A DNA stretch of 64,000 nucleotides from an uncultured Acidobacteriota bacterium. GTDB taxonomy: Bacteria; Acidobacteriota; UBA6911. Below are positions 9,033 through 18,208 of this stretch, one piece after another; position 1 is the stretch's first letter, and every line of letters begins with the position of its first letter. Where the stretch lies: NCBI GenBank assembly GCA_963809485.1, contig CAWEJX010000007.1, positions 544,001 through 608,000 on the forward strand. Reading direction: 5' to 3'. The position numbers were made by a program, and so were the translations under genes. The notes under the pieces are model-generated. The model was given only the letters and a program-made list of their open reading frames with translations, was not told the DNA's origin and ran no database searches.

Positions 9033-9446
9033 CTATTGTTGTGAGGAGCCTTTCTTTACGAATTCCGCTTCGTATTTGGATGCGCACTTCGCCTCGATTT
9101 GACGGGCCTGGAACACTCCGTCGGGTGCGACGTCCCCTTGCACCAGCGCTTTGGCGCCGTCCTTGAACGTGTCGGGAATCACATCTTTTCCTACATAGCG
9201 GACCCGGATGCTCTCTTTCTGGTCGCCAAGGGTGAACTCCATCTGGGGCTTGCCCCGGTCAATGGAGCCGTGTACCACCTCTCCGGCAATTTTTATGGTC
9301 TTTCCCTCGAGGTCCCCCTGCATGGTTCGGAATTCGTTGATGGTTATGTAGTAGGCTTTGCTTTCCTGAAATCCCACGAACCCCAGCCAAGCCAGGGCCG
9401 CAACAACCACCAGTCCGCCCACTATGAATTTCATCCGAGTGACCAT
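9033..9446 (-). CDS. ccmE: Heme chaperone CcmE, Cys-type (CxxxY)
   Basis: N-terminal TM, PDTFKDG and KCASKY. Confidence 0.92.
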   Translation of the reverse strand: MVTRMKFIVGGLVVVAALAWLGFVGFQESKAYYITINEFRTMQGDLEGKTIKIAGEVVHGSIDRGKPQMEFTLGDQKESIRVRYVGKDVIPDTFKDGAKALVQGDVAPDGVFQARQIEAKCASKYEAEFVKKGSSQQ

Positions 9447-9707
9447 TCATCCCCCTGGGTTTACCCTCCCGGGCGCCCTCCGGAGTATACCATCGGGGGA
9501 TGGATTCGGCAAAAGAGGCAATCCCGCTTTTCGAATATGGTTTCTGTGTTTTTGTCAGCGTTCATCAAAGGTCTTACCGGCGTGCTTCGGCGCTATGACT
9601 TGCAGAGCCGCCAATAATATGCTTGCAACCAGATCCCATAAATGGCACAAAAGGCGGTATCCAAAAGAGAACAGGCTGGATTTTTTAACGATTCGGGGGA
9701 CATCAGA

Positions 9708-11291
9708 ATGTCACAAGCGCCTCATCAGGCAGCGAATTCTCCATACACCAAGAAGCAGGTCTGGATGGCGCTGGCGGCCGTCATACTGGCCTATTTTCTC
9801 TACAGCTACATCCTTCAAACCTGGAATGTCGCTGCGCCCAAGATAGCCGCCGACCTGAATGGCATGGCGCTGTATTCCTGGAGCGTTTCCATCCCTTCGC
9901 TGGGTCTGGCAATGGGAACGCTGCTGGCCGGCAAGTTTTCAGACATATTCGGGCGCCGGGCCATATTGATCGCATCCACAATAATCTCTCTGCTGAGTAC
10001 GGTTTTGTGCGCAATCAGCCCGACTTTCCTGGCTTTGATCGCCGCCCGCACACTCTTATGCCTGGGTATGGGTGCAATCGCTCCGCTCTGTTTCGCGGTG
10101 GTGGGCGATTTGTTCGTGGGAGGAGAACGGAGCAAATGGGTGGGATTGCTCAACATTCCATTTGCCATCCCTTCTCTGTTCGGCCCCACTCTGAGCGGAT
10201 GGATCGTGGATAAGCTGACCTGGCACCATATCTTCTGGTGGATCCTGCCGCTGATCTTTCTTTGCATCCTCATCGCCTACGGCATGCCCGCGCTGATCAT
10301 GAGCCGGGACCACAAAATCGACATTCTCGGCATCATCCTGGTTACGGTCGCCTCGTCCACGCTGATCTTCGGCCTCTCCTTTGCCGGAACAACCTATCCA
10401 TGGGGATCCGTACAGGTTCTCAGCCTGTTGGCCTTGTCTCTGATCACATGGATTTTCTTTTTGAGATACGAATCCAAAACGGAGGGGCCCATCCTGGATC
10501 CCGAAGTATTCAAGAACCGAACTTTTCTTACAGCTTCCGCCGCGGGATTCTTTTCCTTCTTCGGGATGATGGGAGTGACTCTTTATTACCCCCTTTTGAT
10601 GCAGGGTATTCAGGGCCTCAGCGCGATGACAAGCGGCCAGATCATCACGCCTTTTTCGGCGCTGATGGCTTTGGTAGGGATTCCCACAGGCTACATACTT
10701 GCACGGACGAAATCCTATAAATGGATGTATGTCGCCGGGTATGGCATGCTGACGGTCGTGATGGGGAGCATGATCTTTTTCGGCGCGAACACGCCCATTT
10801 TATGGGGAGTTATCGTCTCCATCCTGGGCGGCATTGGACAAGGCACCATCCCAACCCTGAATACTGTGGTGATACAGGCCGCTGTCCCCAGAAGGTTGCT
10901 GGGCATAGCCACCGGGGCGCTCTTTTTCAGCATCGCGATGGGCATGGCTATCGCGCCGGCTATACTCGGGTCGGCCATGAATACCAGGTACAACAGCGCG
11001 CTCCAGGCCACGCTTCCTTCCGAATTAAGCCGGATTGCGGATGAGGCCACCATGACGTCCCTGGGCAATCCGCGGGTTCTGCTATCCGAACCGGCAATGA
11101 AATCCCTTCAGGAGATCCTTCTCAAGAAAGACAACGGGGCGGCGCTTCTGGACCAGACCATTCGGGCTATCCGCACTTCCATGGAAGCGGGATTGAGGAT
11201 GGTATTTTTAATCGCCGCGCTGACCATGCTGCTGGCATTCCTTCTGATCGTGACGATACCTAAAGTCTCTCTGGATCCCGGCGAGGAATAA
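9708..11291 (+). CDS. MFS transporter (14-TMS DHA2-like)
   Basis: GKFSDIFGRR motif A, GPTLSGWIVD, many TM helices; start ATG 9708 after a GGGGA RBS. Confidence 0.88.
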   Translation: MSQAPHQAANSPYTKKQVWMALAAVILAYFLYSYILQTWNVAAPKIAADLNGMALYSWSVSIPSLGLAMGTLLAGKFSDIFGRRAILIASTIISLLSTVLCAISPTFLALIAARTLLCLGMGAIAPLCFAVVGDLFVGGERSKWVGLLNIPFAIPSLFGPTLSGWIVDKLTWHHIFWWILPLIFLCILIAYGMPALIMSRDHKIDILGIILVTVASSTLIFGLSFAGTTYPWGSVQVLSLLALSLITWIFFLRYESKTEGPILDPEVFKNRTFLTASAAGFFSFFGMMGVTLYYPLLMQGIQGLSAMTSGQIITPFSALMALVGIPTGYILARTKSYKWMYVAGYGMLTVVMGSMIFFGANTPILWGVIVSILGGIGQGTIPTLNTVVIQAAVPRRLLGIATGALFFSIAMGMAIAPAILGSAMNTRYNSALQATLPSELSRIADEATMTSLGNPRVLLSEPAMKSLQEILLKKDNGAALLDQTIRAIRTSMEAGLRMVFLIAALTMLLAFLLIVTIPKVSLDPGEE

Positions 11292-11319
11292 ACACCGGCG
11301 CCCGGGTTCCATAACCTGT

Positions 11320-11375
11320 AACGCTGACATACGCCGACAAAAATCTATATATATCTTTGTCAGTTTGTCAGCGTT
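11320..11375. repeat. ACGCTGAC-type short-repeat hairpin between convergent genes (possible bidirectional terminator)
   Basis: AACGCTGACATACGCCGACAA ... TTGTCAGTTTGTCAGCGTT inverted arms. Confidence 0.55.
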
Positions 11376-11414
11376 GATTATTAAAGGTATGTCTGGCCGG
11401 GAGGTGGGCCGCAG

Positions 11415-12287
11415 CTACAGGGCACGCATATATTCAGGCCGCAGCAGATCGGGATCCTTCCTCTGGAGGACCTCCCGGATCAGTTGAAGAGCTTTTTCCT
11501 TTTCCCGTGGCATCCGAATTCGAAGGGGCAAGTAATTGGAGGCGTGGTTCGACGCGAAGAAGCAGTTGGTGAACTGGCAGTTGTCAATCATGGTTCCCAA
11601 CTCCCGTATCAGCTCGAAAGGCGTCGGAAGAACAAGCTTTCCGGTTCGCAGTTCTTCATGAATCGGCGTCCCGGGAACCACCATAAGCGAGAGCGCGCCG
11701 ACGTATTCAGGATCCATTTGGGAAAGCACTTTTCCCGTATCCTCGGCATGGGCCTGACTTAGCTCAACTCCCCCGATTCCCAGAAGCACGGTCACCGAGA
11801 GCAGGATTCCTGCCTCCCTGACCCGCTTTGCCGCCCGGATCATCTGCCCGGCGGTGGCGTTCTTTTTGATTCTCTTGAGAACCTCCGGATTGCCGGACTC
11901 AAGTCCCAGGTAAATGATTCCCAATCCTAGACTTTTCAGCTCTTTCAATTCCTCCGTGCTTTTCTTGAGGATATCCCCCGCATTTGCATAAATGCCGACC
12001 CGTTCAATTCCCCGGATCTTCAGTTTGAGATAGTTCAAAATCCGGACCAGATCCGGCTGGGGTATGATCAGCGCATCTCCATCCGCCAGGAAAACGCGTG
12101 GAATCGTCCCATAGCCGGATGCTTCGTCAATGTCTTCCTTGATTTCATCGAAAGACTTGATGCGAAAAGACTTCCCCTGGAAGGAATGACAAAAGGTGCA
12201 TCGATTATATGAACATCCCACCGCCACCTGAAGAATCAGGCTGTCGGCTTCACTGGGCGGCCTGTAAATCATTCCCTCGTACTTCAT
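11415..12287 (-). CDS. Radical SAM protein
   Basis: CxxxCxxC (CSYNRCTFC), YRPPSEA, YLGLESG and SNHASNY motifs. Confidence 0.9.
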   Translation of the reverse strand: MKYEGMIYRPPSEADSLILQVAVGCSYNRCTFCHSFQGKSFRIKSFDEIKEDIDEASGYGTIPRVFLADGDALIIPQPDLVRILNYLKLKIRGIERVGIYANAGDILKKSTEELKELKSLGLGIIYLGLESGNPEVLKRIKKNATAGQMIRAAKRVREAGILLSVTVLLGIGGVELSQAHAEDTGKVLSQMDPEYVGALSLMVVPGTPIHEELRTGKLVLPTPFELIRELGTMIDNCQFTNCFFASNHASNYLPLRIRMPREKEKALQLIREVLQRKDPDLLRPEYMRAL

Positions 12288-12548
12288 GAGAATCTCCTTT
12301 GCGCAGTCTGCTGATCCTCAATAAAAATAGCACACGGTTCAATGGGGCAGGCAGGGAATCTATGCTAACCTTCCTGAAGGGTCCTAACAATGGATTTGCC
12401 TAAAGGTTTCACCCTCCAATTACGATAACCAGAATGCGACCTAATAGTGAGATAAGCTGTTCTGGCATCAGACTTTGGACTTCCAAAGGCCGCCTTCCGG
12501 AAGCATCGGGAAACCCGGTCCAGAGCCTGGCCCGCAGTGCAGGGGTAA

Positions 12549-14837
12549 ATGGATACTGAAGGCAAGCCCAAGAAGGTACTTGCAGAGGAATTGGAGTCTT
12601 TGCGTGAGGATATTGCGCACCTCCAGAGCCTGATCCTCCAGCATCCCGCAGAGGAAAAGCCTGCCGCAATTTCACCCGCTTCTCTTCAAATGGAAGGGAG
12701 TCATCTGCCGCCGAACCTGTTTGATGATTCGCCTCTCGGGATGGCTCTGGTGGACAGCCGGTTCCGAATCATGAAGGCCAACAGATCCTTTTGTCATATC
12801 CTGGACTGCACGGAGAGCGAGATCACTTCTTTGCATATCCCTGACATAGCCCGGGAACAGAATGCCTGCAGGCAGATGATCGGGCAGGTTCTCGATGGAG
12901 TTCTTCCCATCTCCAGGCTGGACGGAGAATTTCGAAAAAGAAACGGGGTAGATTTTTGGGTTCGCATTACGGCATCTGCTGTTCCCGGCAAAAACTGCTG
13001 CCTCATAACCCTGGAAGACATCAGCGCGCGAAAGTGGGCCGAGTCGGCGCTGCAGGCTGAGAAACAGCTGCTGGAGAGGCTCATCAACAGCAGCGTGGAC
13101 GGCATCCTGGCATTTGACCGCAACCTGGTCTTCACCATCTGGAATCCAGGCATGGAGAGGATTTTTGGCGTCAGTTCCAGTCAGACGCTGGGGAGGCCTG
13201 TTTTTAAAGCTTGCCCGTTTCTGCTGGAACTCGGCGAGGAAGCAAACTTTGCCGCTGCGCTCGGCGGTCAAAAAGTCATCTCGAGGGACAAGCGCTACCA
13301 GATTCCCGGAACCGGCAGGCAGGGATATTTCGAGGGCTACTATGGCCCCATGTATGACACGGGCGGCGGAGCAGTGATCGGCGGGCTGGCGATCATTCGC
13401 GATGTCACGGAAAGGAGACTGGCGGAAGAGGGCAAGCGCATCAGCGAGGAGCGTTACAGGGAATTGTTCGAAAACGCCTATGACATGGTGTACACCCACG
13501 ACCTCTCCGGGAAGATCACTTCCATAAACAAAGCCGCGGAGCGAATCACGGGGTATACACGGGCCGAAGCGCTCCAGATGCGCTTCACCCAGTTCGTCGC
13601 TCCGGAGTTCCGGCAGGCAGCGCACAGGATGATCGACCTTCAGCTTTCAGACCAGGCGCCGCTAACCCAGGAACTGGATATCCTCGCAAAGGACGGCAGC
13701 CGGCTGACGCTGGAGGTCAGCAACCGCCTGATTTTCCAGGAAGGGAAGCCGGTCGGGATCCAGGGCCTGGGCAGAGACATCACGGAGCGTAAAGGGACCG
13801 AAGAAGCTTTGCAGCAGGCCAACAAAAAGCTGGAAGCCTGGGTTCACGAACTCGAGCAGCGCACGCGTGAAATGACCCTGCTCAGCGAAATGGGCGATAT
13901 CCTGCGGGCCTGTCTTACCACGAAGGAAGTCTACGAGGTCATCGTCAGGGTTGCCCAGGAAATCTTTCCGCTCCAGGGGGGCGCGCTGTTTGTGCTTGGC
14001 CCGCTGCGGAATATCGTGGAAGCTGTCGCGGAGTGGGGCGACACTTCAAGAGTGGAACTCACGTTTTCGCCCGATGAGTGCTGGGCATTGCGCAGAGGCA
14101 GGGTCCATTGGGTGGAAGATACCCGCACCGGCCTGCTCTGCAAGCACCTTCACGCCCAGCCGCCTGCGGGATATTTGTGCGTTCCCATGATGGCGCAAAG
14201 CGAAGCCGTTGGCATCCTGCACCTGATTCAGCCGGATAATTCCCCGATGCCGGAGGCCAAGCTGCGCCTGGCCGTGGCCATGTCGGAACACGTTGCCATG
14301 GCGCTGTCCAATCTCAGGCTGCACGAGACGTTGCGCAACCAGTCCATCCGGGACCAGCTGACGGGACTGTTCAACCGGAGCTTCATGGAGGAATCCCTGG
14401 AGCTTGAACTGCGGCGCGCCGCCCGCAGTCAGCACCCCATCAGCGTGATCATGATGTCGTTGGACAACTTCCAGATGCTGAGCGACAGTTTCGGCCTGGA
14501 CATAGCGGATTCCGTCCTGCGCAGGACAGGGATGCTGCTGCAGGCCAATGTCCGCAAAGGAGACATCGCCTGCAGGTACAGCGGCCAGACCTATGTCGTG
14601 GTTCTTCCCAACAGCAATTGCGAAGTCAGCTTCAAAAGGGCGGAGATGCTGCGGGATCTGGCCCGGACTCTTGAGGTCAAATATCAGAGCGAACAGGTCG
14701 GTCACATTACGGCGTCGATCGGGTTAGCGGTTTTTCCGGACCACGGGCAGACCGTGGAAGCATTGCTCCGGTCGGCGGAGTCTGCCCTCAGCCGGGCCAA
14801 AGGCAGCGGAGGAGACTGCGCAATAGTCGCCATATGA
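12549..14837 (+). CDS. PAS(x3)-GAF-degenerate GGDEF protein
   Basis: Three PAS/PAC repeats and a GAF; RDQLTGLFNR present, but the active site reads RYSGQTY; RKGD I-site retained. Confidence 0.88.
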   Translation: MDTEGKPKKVLAEELESLREDIAHLQSLILQHPAEEKPAAISPASLQMEGSHLPPNLFDDSPLGMALVDSRFRIMKANRSFCHILDCTESEITSLHIPDIAREQNACRQMIGQVLDGVLPISRLDGEFRKRNGVDFWVRITASAVPGKNCCLITLEDISARKWAESALQAEKQLLERLINSSVDGILAFDRNLVFTIWNPGMERIFGVSSSQTLGRPVFKACPFLLELGEEANFAAALGGQKVISRDKRYQIPGTGRQGYFEGYYGPMYDTGGGAVIGGLAIIRDVTERRLAEEGKRISEERYRELFENAYDMVYTHDLSGKITSINKAAERITGYTRAEALQMRFTQFVAPEFRQAAHRMIDLQLSDQAPLTQELDILAKDGSRLTLEVSNRLIFQEGKPVGIQGLGRDITERKGTEEALQQANKKLEAWVHELEQRTREMTLLSEMGDILRACLTTKEVYEVIVRVAQEIFPLQGGALFVLGPLRNIVEAVAEWGDTSRVELTFSPDECWALRRGRVHWVEDTRTGLLCKHLHAQPPAGYLCVPMMAQSEAVGILHLIQPDNSPMPEAKLRLAVAMSEHVAMALSNLRLHETLRNQSIRDQLTGLFNRSFMEESLELELRRAARSQHPISVIMMSLDNFQMLSDSFGLDIADSVLRRTGMLLQANVRKGDIACRYSGQTYVVVLPNSNCEVSFKRAEMLRDLARTLEVKYQSEQVGHITASIGLAVFPDHGQTVEALLRSAESALSRAKGSGGDCAIVAI

Positions 14838-14905
14838 CACATGTTTCCGGTCCTGAGGGCCAAACAAATTGCTCCTTTAATGCTATAGCCCAAAGCCCAA
14901 AGAAG

Positions 14906-14970
14906 CTCGCGCGGAGACGCGGAGCCGGGACGGAATTGATGCCCGGCCTCCGCGAACTCCGCGGCTCCGA
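14906..14970. repeat. REP-like CGCGGAG inverted repeat
   Basis: CGCGGAGACGCGGAG ... CTCCGCGAACTCCGCG between the two GGDEF genes. Confidence 0.5.
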
Positions 14971-15144
14971 GTGCCACTTCGGCCATATGAACTTTTTGCT
15001 TGCGTTTTCGGGGATAAGGTCCAGAATTCTTGTTCGGGTATACCAGCGTCCCCCTTACCCAATACTTTTTTGCATCGGCTCCGCTTGAGAGGGGAAAGGT
15101 GTATTTCCCAGGCGATCGGCTGTCCTTGATGGATTTGTGTCGAA

Positions 15145-17334
15145 ATGGAAAGAAGACGGATCGACGACCAGTTCGGGCCTCTTTGGGACAAGCTGGCTGA
15201 TCTGAAGCGTATGGAGGCCGATCTGTCGGTCGCGGACGCTCCCGCTTCTCCGCCTGCCTCCCTGCAGCTTAAGGCTGAAATCGAAAATCGGCTCGGATTC
15301 TTTCCGCCTCTTTTTGCGCCGGCGCTCGATATACCGGCGCTGCTCGAGAGCTTCTGGCGCCAGCAGGCCGCTGCCTATTTCGATAATCCGCTCCCCGCGC
15401 GTTTCAAAGAGAAACTCTCTCTCAGGCTTGGCCGTTACTGCACGTTCCCGTATTTTGTCGTAACCCATGCATGCACGCTGCATCAGCTCGGACTGACGCC
15501 GCACGAAGTGAGGGACCTGGTGGAAAGGCCTGCCCTGACCTCCGCCGGCCTCGAGCAGTCTTTCGAAGTTCTTGGCCGGCTGCCGCAACCTCTGGACTCC
15601 TGGCCGGAAGACGACACGGCTTTCGAAGAAAGCCTCATAACCTGCGGTCTCGCAATTTTCCTTGGCCTGCCGGAATCGGGCCGATGCACCGCCCGCCTGA
15701 AGGATTTGCTCGGGTCTCCAAGGTACCAGTATCTTGCGGCCCTTCTTGCCGGTATCAAAGCATCCCATTTGTGGATCGAGGCTCATCCCGAGATAAATTG
15801 CCAGGACCACCCGGCGGTGCGCGAATGCTTCCTGCCCCTGGTCCAGGCCGAGCCCCTACTGGTGGATAGATTCCGCAACCGCAGCGAAATTGCCGGCCGG
15901 AGCCTTGGCGAAACGAACGTCCAAGAGGGGGGTTCGGAAGGCGAAGAGCGCTACCGGGAGCTGTTCGAAAATGCCAGCGATATCATATACTCGCACGACT
16001 TCGAAGGAAATTTGATATCGATCAACCGGGCCGTCGAACGGATCGCCGGATACACGCGGGCTGAGGCTCTCCAGATGAAGATTATGGATCCCATTGCGCC
16101 CGAATACGAGCACCTGGGCCGGAAAATGATTGATCCGCAGATAGCCGGCGAAGTCCCCTTCAGCTGCGAACTTGAGATATTTACCAAGGACAGGAACCGC
16201 GTGGCGCTGGGCATCAGCACGCGGCCCATGTTCCGCGGCGGAAAAGCCGTGGCGGTGCAGGGCATCGCGCGCGACATCACCCGGCGGAAAAAAACCGAGG
16301 CTGCGCTTCAGGAGGCCAATCAGAAACTTGAGGCCTGGGTGGACGAGCTCGAGCAGCGCACGCGCGAAATGACACTGCTCAATGAAATGGGAGACATTCT
16401 ACGCGCCTGTCTGACCATGGAAGAAGCCTACGGCGTCATCGTCCGGGTGGCGCAGCAGATTTTCCCCGTCCAGGTCGGCGCCCTTTACGTCATCGCCCCT
16501 TCGCGCAATCTCGTTGAAGCCGTTGCGGTATGGGGGGATTCTTCACTGGCGGAGCATTCCTTCCCGCCTCATGAATGCTGGGGATTGCGCCGGGGCCGCA
16601 CCCATTGGGTGGACAACTCGCAGTCCGGCCTGATCTGCCGGCATATCCATCATCCGTCGGAAGCCGGCTACCTGTGCATCCCCATGATGGCGCAAAGCGA
16701 AGCCCTCGGGGTTCTCCACCTCATGCAGCCCGACGGCATCAGGATGACTGAGACCAAACAGCGCATGGCCGTCACCATGTCCGAGCATATAGCGATGGCC
16801 CTTTCAAACCTGAGGCTGCACGAAACACTCCGCAGCCAGTCCATCCGCGATCCTTTGACGGGACTCTTCAACCGCAGGTTCATGGAGGAATCCCTGGAAC
16901 TGGAGATACGAAGGGCTGCGCGCAACCAGCGGCCTCTGGGAATGATCATGATCGACCTCGATTACTTCAAATACTTCAACGATAACTTCGGCCATGAAGC
17001 CGGCGATCAGCTGCTGAAGGAACTCGGAGCCCTGCTCAAGGGGAATATACGGGGCGAGGATATTGCCTGCCGCTACGGCGGGGAAGAGTTCACCTTGATT
17101 CTGCCGGAAGGCACGGGCGCCGTCACCCTGCAGCGCGCCGAATTTTTCAGGGACTCCATCCAGCGCCTCGACGTCCATCACCGCGGCCATCCGCTCGGCA
17201 AAATTACCGCTTCCATGGGAGTCGCCGTATTTCCGGATCACGGCCGGACCGCCGAAGCCCTGATCGAGGCGGCCGACAAAGCCCTGTACCGCAGCAAAGC
17301 CGCCGGCCGCGACTGCGTGACCCTCGCCGAGTAA
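15145..17334 (+). CDS. Diguanylate cyclase: AhpD/CMD-like N-terminal domain, PAS, GAF, GGDEF
   Basis: DLDYFKYFNDNFGHEAGD, RGED I-site and RYGGEEF; C-terminal half closely similar to the upstream paralogue. Confidence 0.92.
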   Translation: MERRRIDDQFGPLWDKLADLKRMEADLSVADAPASPPASLQLKAEIENRLGFFPPLFAPALDIPALLESFWRQQAAAYFDNPLPARFKEKLSLRLGRYCTFPYFVVTHACTLHQLGLTPHEVRDLVERPALTSAGLEQSFEVLGRLPQPLDSWPEDDTAFEESLITCGLAIFLGLPESGRCTARLKDLLGSPRYQYLAALLAGIKASHLWIEAHPEINCQDHPAVRECFLPLVQAEPLLVDRFRNRSEIAGRSLGETNVQEGGSEGEERYRELFENASDIIYSHDFEGNLISINRAVERIAGYTRAEALQMKIMDPIAPEYEHLGRKMIDPQIAGEVPFSCELEIFTKDRNRVALGISTRPMFRGGKAVAVQGIARDITRRKKTEAALQEANQKLEAWVDELEQRTREMTLLNEMGDILRACLTMEEAYGVIVRVAQQIFPVQVGALYVIAPSRNLVEAVAVWGDSSLAEHSFPPHECWGLRRGRTHWVDNSQSGLICRHIHHPSEAGYLCIPMMAQSEALGVLHLMQPDGIRMTETKQRMAVTMSEHIAMALSNLRLHETLRSQSIRDPLTGLFNRRFMEESLELEIRRAARNQRPLGMIMIDLDYFKYFNDNFGHEAGDQLLKELGALLKGNIRGEDIACRYGGEEFTLILPEGTGAVTLQRAEFFRDSIQRLDVHHRGHPLGKITASMGVAVFPDHGRTAEALIEAADKALYRSKAAGRDCVTLAE

Positions 17335-17335
17335 T

Positions 17336-18041
17336 CAAAATTACGAATTACGAATGACGAATTACGAATGAGAACATACACCGGAGAGGGGGAATTGCCG
17401 GTCCGGTTGCGGCGATTGGAGCATAAAGCTGAAATTATAGACAGTCAAATGAGCGCATATCGTGCGCGTCTGCTGACAAAATTACGAATTACGAATGACG
17501 AATTACGAATGAAAACATACACCGTAGAGGGGGAATTGCCGGTCCGGTTGCGGCGATTGGAGCATAAAGCTGAAATTATAGACAGTCGAATGAACGCGTA
17601 TCGTGCGCGTCTGCTGACAAAATTACGAATTACGAATGACGAATTACGAATGAAAACATACACCGTAGAGGGGGAATTGCCGGTCCGGTTGCGGCGATTG
17701 GAGCATAAAGCTGAAATTATAGACAGTCGAATGAGCGCGTATCGTGCGCGTCTGCTGACAAAATTACGAATTACGTATGACGAATTACGAATGAGAACAT
17801 ACACCGGAGAGGGGGGAATTGCCGGTATGGTTGCGGCGGTTGGAGCATAAAGCTGAAATTATAGACAGTCAAATGAGCGCGTATCGTGCGCGTCTGCTGA
17901 CAAAATTACGAATTACGAATGACGAATTACGAATGAAAACATACACCGTAGAGGGGGAATTGCCGGTCCGGTTGCGGCGGTTGGAGCATAAAGCTGAAAT
18001 TATAGACAGTCAAATGAGCGCGTATCGTGCGCGTCTGCTGA
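17336..18041. repeat. Tandem array of five ~141-bp units
   Basis: Units start at 17336, 17477, 17618, 17759 and 17901, and a diverged partial sixth starts at 18042. Each begins with (TTACGAA/TGACGAA) heptamers; few substitutions between units. Confidence 0.95.
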
Positions 18042-18049
18042 CAAAATTG

Positions 18050-18208
18050 CGAATTACGAATGACGAATGAAAACATAAACAGTGGAAGGCGGAAATATAC
18101 GCCCTATTGCTGCGGTTTGATGGCGGAGCTGCCCCGCTGACAGTTGAGGTGGCCTATATCGTGTGCGTATGTTTCAATTCGTCATTCGTAATTCGTCATT
18201 CGTAATTC
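18050..18208. repeat. Heptamer-armed long hairpin closing the array and overlapping the convergent gene's 3' end
   Basis: CGAATTACGAATGACGAATGAAAACATA (18050-18077) vs TATGTTTCAATTCGTCATTCGTAATTCG (18168-18195). Confidence 0.75.

Noticed and set aside
17368-18070. Repeat-protein CDS (ORFs 17368-17850, 17819-18070, 17445-17804)
   Set aside because: Open frames follow from a 141-bp unit on both strands; there is no clear RBS and a frameshift in unit 4. Not called as CDS, though translation is not excluded.
17336-18208. CRISPR array interpretation of the 141-bp repeats
   Set aside because: The would-be spacers are near-identical and about 105 bp long, the repeat part is a heptamer microsatellite, and no cas genes are in the window.
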